Origin: an uncultured bacterium
GTDB lineage: Bacteria > Fidelibacterota > Marinisomatia > Marinisomatales > UBA1611
Direction: 5' to 3'
Assembly: GCA_965660855.1 (NCBI GenBank)
Contig: CBFIBM010000001.1
Coordinates: 128,001-192,000, forward strand
Length of the DNA stretch: 64,000 bases
Part shown: positions 62,701-64,000 of the stretch, in pieces
Layout: every line of letters begins with the position of its first letter
How positions within the stretch are numbered: position 1 is the first letter of the stretch
Translations under genes and position numbers: made by a program
Notes under the pieces: generated by a model
Database searches by the model: none
The model's input: the letters and a program-made list of their open reading frames with translations, nothing else
Told to the model about the DNA's origin: nothing

Positions 62701-62979
62701 ACATCATACGCATTGCATAACAACTACCCTAACCCATTTAACCCAGTGACAAATATCTTGTATGATATTCCTGAGTTAACTGATGTTAAGTTAGAAATCT
62801 TTAATGTCATGGGACAGCGTGTCAGAACTCTTGCAGAGGGTAAGCACGAAGCCGGACGTTATCAGATTGTTTGGAATGCAACCAATGATATTGGTGAAAG
62901 TCTATCTTCTGGTATGTATATATATCGTATACAAGCCGGAGACTTTGTAAGTGTGAAAAAACTTGTCTTAATGAAGTAA
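56755..62979 (+). CDS. Giant (2074 aa) acidic secreted multidomain protein: CBM-like x2, lamin-tail domain, D(S/T)YGDGW modules x3, CARDB-like, PPC-like, split FN3 x3, C-terminal sorting domain
   Basis: GGAGG RBS; signal peptide; lamin-tail motif FSEYAEGSSNNKYLEI; NYPNPFNP C-terminus; no catalytic motif recognised. Confidence 0.85.
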   Translation: MQRAIITLLMLSFGVSLYANDTAPRQKGDSFQYGLPTYKSPENRTEEYELYMVDTYGDGWDGSTLDLNMNGVSVATGLTVDGESNSFYFNADDYDYLTTGFTISTSWASELYYGIYDSEGYLLYDGYGNSAEVDISSHPDMTTQWTIDSSEENVFHNPSFEAGIATWDRHPDYDWAIATTGEGIYNSDATFTAYSGDNSFKMWASWTGLENNVFKVFEGDIAAQLAGETFTISAHMMSHADDLLGEGTHAKLVAKYFGPGPNGDGSNWWETFMFMDESEYLVGSLATATEWTEYSLTTTIPEGAYHIEIGFTLKKDADGGGSVYVDNLIGDWVEPVEVIENVYFSEYAEGSSNNKYLEIFNGTGAAIDLADFVVLGNYNGNGWSETIPFAVGTIVEAGDVYVIANSSADEAILAEADVAFGYGAYDPEAGTAYVTSFNGDDVRALAMAGDPSLIVDQIGTLDFDGDGIEGEGNEDDPGSGFDAAGVSDATKDHTLTRKPGMLGGNMGNWSQSAGTDAETSEYVVLDQNDWTSLGSHSNEVVEVCDFTEVTLNIADSYGDGWNGNILTVGDLNFTLDGVADDGSSASFDLCLEDGAYAVTCGGGSYLSEVSWEMLAADGTVLLAGGAPYEGFLQIGEVVDVLGCTDPEALNYDETATLDDGTCVYAGEDCATALVAAAGSNEAPSAPFWYTYTATLTGTATISSVGGGVDTQVYGYTGACDALVEVGFGDDEGGGPEWSSIMVLDVVEGESYYINWTDYWSPSGFVWTLEEALYPVTPQNLTAEAGMDNVYLAWDAAEPVGRSFVEIQNDRQARAEYQAEKKASLYPNRSTEVHLNRYSINPDYDPEFNNTRTNNVVINLGGGTWDSEISWNITNSEGTVVAEGGAPIENLELVLEDGTYNFNGFDSYGDGWNGSAVTATNATQVFLFWWLDTGSEGTAEFAVNDGAANLYLSNINYDQDTQMMSVDVNNDGTLWAYGGDVAPFIGSVPNGDCQEPGSIGQSVPQPLAPGSSYNFAFDIDLVDILGYGVHPVGAMVDWSCAVPELDENDNTIGGEITLVDPLDGITFSVYREDAASGTYALVVSGLESEMFLDESVVGGTGYCYYVTQTAAEVESGASNIACATPYGSDAFPAPTALAGEADGYDVMLSWTAPDLTGWEPPRHNSRFAPSMNKPMTHTPSNTEHTTPPATRQGGDTFETATVIDALPYVDNGSTVGLAADYGPYADLTTLVCEFGDTYYSATSTAAGPDAVYSIDLAEDAFVNISLCGSGYDTGLGVFSSDGVLVAANDDFCSFQSEVTCSMPAGMYYIVVSGWGTDAGDYVLNVGTVDPPSPVAGYNVYRDGEMVGYVEGVDETSFSEFVYSPEMPEGGTYTYAVSAYYDVQDASSVLSDPVDVTTTAPPFECVAPTNLTAENQGNDVMLSWDGPAGGPTWFTHFDGTVNSGVGTATGLFSLEAAVKFGPETTLDLMGLSLTQVAFMTSDVTALFKVMIYDPVSMLPVDSTDVIDPSTLIVGDWNIVDLPNPIALDGSEVMFGYKVTVTAEGTYPASMDLQSDHNGMDNLIAGFGSPMQSMLDAYAIDGGWAIAGYADYGQGQSIVSLDPPVFDNVINPGDFDVRHLANPLEVSLPVEQMNRALLGYHVYRNDTTIATVPPSETSYDDYDAPWGTVEYYVTAEYDDTEDCGESDPSNVVSIDLANNPPSAVNLIAPPNGATFTINEGNMDQGNMFVWSPSSDADNDPIEYYLGVETEVLGDTLDEWFPENALQNGDFEDGTDHWFFYPPEATNTSYDEDMEMLMIGGLNSGDNTENNVYQEWPGDALPVGTHFEVYGEVMSPADDFIAGDNHFVLFAKYFDSNWGMIHMDHSEPMSAQNATADMYHELEFESIVPEGVAVMQVGAMFVQATPDHGGMVGIDEIYMHVPMTVTGFEISNSMFGELMLETQVTNLTVEWDVWAFDGYDPTPSTGSRTFTVDASDLLSVNNIALPTSYALHNNYPNPFNPVTNILYDIPELTDVKLEIFNVMGQRVRTLAEGKHEAGRYQIVWNATNDIGESLSSGMYIYRIQAGDFVSVKKLVLMK

Positions 62980-63001
62980 GTTTTCATACGAACAATACTT
63001 G

Positions 63002-63035
63002 AAAAGGGGCTCGGTTTATCGAGCCCCTTTTTTTT
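63002..63035 (+). terminator. Intrinsic terminator
   Basis: AAAAGGGGCTCG/CGAGCCCCTTTT stem followed by a T-run. Confidence 0.9.
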
Positions 63036-63066
63036 CTATTACACCAATGTATAAAGGCTATTTTTA

Positions 63067-64000
63067 ATGAAATATTTACCATTATTCTTTTTTACCGTAT
63101 TATTTGGATTGGAAGATTTACCTCCAGAACAAAGAACAAGAGATCGTGAGATCGATGTGCATCATATTAGAATTAATGCGACTGTTAACCTGTTATCTGA
63201 AACTGTTTACGGAAATGTCATACATACCTTTAGCCCTTTAAGTTCCTCATTAGAAATGTTTGAGCTAGATGCCAGTGATATGAATATTAATAGAGTAAGA
63301 ATAAAAGATAGAGATATCTCATTCAATCATATTGCAGATAAATTGATTATTTCTTTGAAACGGCCCATCTCATGGAATGATACGATAGATGTTAAGATTG
63401 ATTATACCGCTAAACCAAAAAAAGGTGTTTATTTCGTAAAGCCAGATGATGTATACCCAAATAAGCCTTACCAAGCTTGGACTCAAGGAGAAGATCAGGA
63501 TAATCATCACTGGGTACCAATATATGATTACCCAAATGAAAGATCTACATTTGAAACTATCTTAACAGTAGATCAAAAATATAAAGCAGTTTCAAATGGT
63601 GAATTAGTTTCTAAAACTAACAATGATAATGGTACTCATACATGGCATTGGAGAGAAAATTTTCCAATGGTACCATACCTGATCTCTTTTGTTGTGGGAG
63701 AATATGTAAAAGTTGAGGATAAATATAAGGATATTCCCATTAATTATTGGGTCTACCCAAACAATAAAAGAGAAACAAATAGGTCTTTTGGTCTAACAAC
63801 AGATATGATGTCATTTTTTGAACAAGAAACAGCGATGGATTACCCGTATGAGAAATATGATCAAATAATTATTGATGATTTTATGTTTGGTGGAATGGAA
63901 AATATAACTTTAACTCACAATACAGATCGAACTATGTATGACGAATTTGCATCTCCAGATGTTAGTAGTGAAGGTCTTGTCGCACATGAACTTGCACATC
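63067..64000 (+). CDS. M1 family aminopeptidase, 5' part; runs off the window end
   Basis: Not in the ORF track. ATG 63067, signal peptide, WTQGE, GGMEN, and HELAH at the window edge. Confidence 0.9.
   Translation, partial: MKYLPLFFFTVLFGLEDLPPEQRTRDREIDVHHIRINATVNLLSETVYGNVIHTFSPLSSSLEMFELDASDMNINRVRIKDRDISFNHIADKLIISLKRPISWNDTIDVKIDYTAKPKKGVYFVKPDDVYPNKPYQAWTQGEDQDNHHWVPIYDYPNERSTFETILTVDQKYKAVSNGELVSKTNNDNGTHTWHWRENFPMVPYLISFVVGEYVKVEDKYKDIPINYWVYPNNKRETNRSFGLTTDMMSFFEQETAMDYPYEKYDQIIIDDFMFGGMENITLTHNTDRTMYDEFASPDVSSEGLVAHELAH

Overview
AT-rich bacterial chromosomal window. It is most likely from an FCB-superphylum marine bacterium such as Marinimicrobia/SAR406; this is inferred from seven secreted proteins with a PNPFN-type C-terminal sorting domain, a short RpoD-family sigma factor and Gln-starting mature proteins. 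Housekeeping genes include greA, hpf, typA, a DEAD-box helicase, nth, psd, a panG-like/panB/panC/coaBC/coaX cluster, htpG, yaaA and rpoD. Secreted glycoside hydrolases are GH18, GH16 and GH81. I saw no rRNA, tRNA, CRISPR or transposase. Main unusual items: (1) two TlpA/thioredoxin genes, one absent from the ORF track and one present only as a fragment, with an in-frame TGA at the first position of the CxxC motif (UxxC) followed by an identical 24-nt SECIS-like hairpin; each sits tail-to-tail with a secreted NTF2/SnoaL-like gene in a tandemly duplicated module; (2) a secreted class II glutamine amidotransferase whose catalytic Cys would be exposed by signal-peptide cleavage; (3) an exosortase cassette whose apparent substrate is a ~13-residue peptide; (4) a stand-alone phage-type thymidine-hypermodification enzyme; (5) a 2074-aa acidic protein with split FN3 domains and Arg-ended linkers resembling gingipain adhesins. 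All family assignments come from motif recognition by eye; no searches were run.
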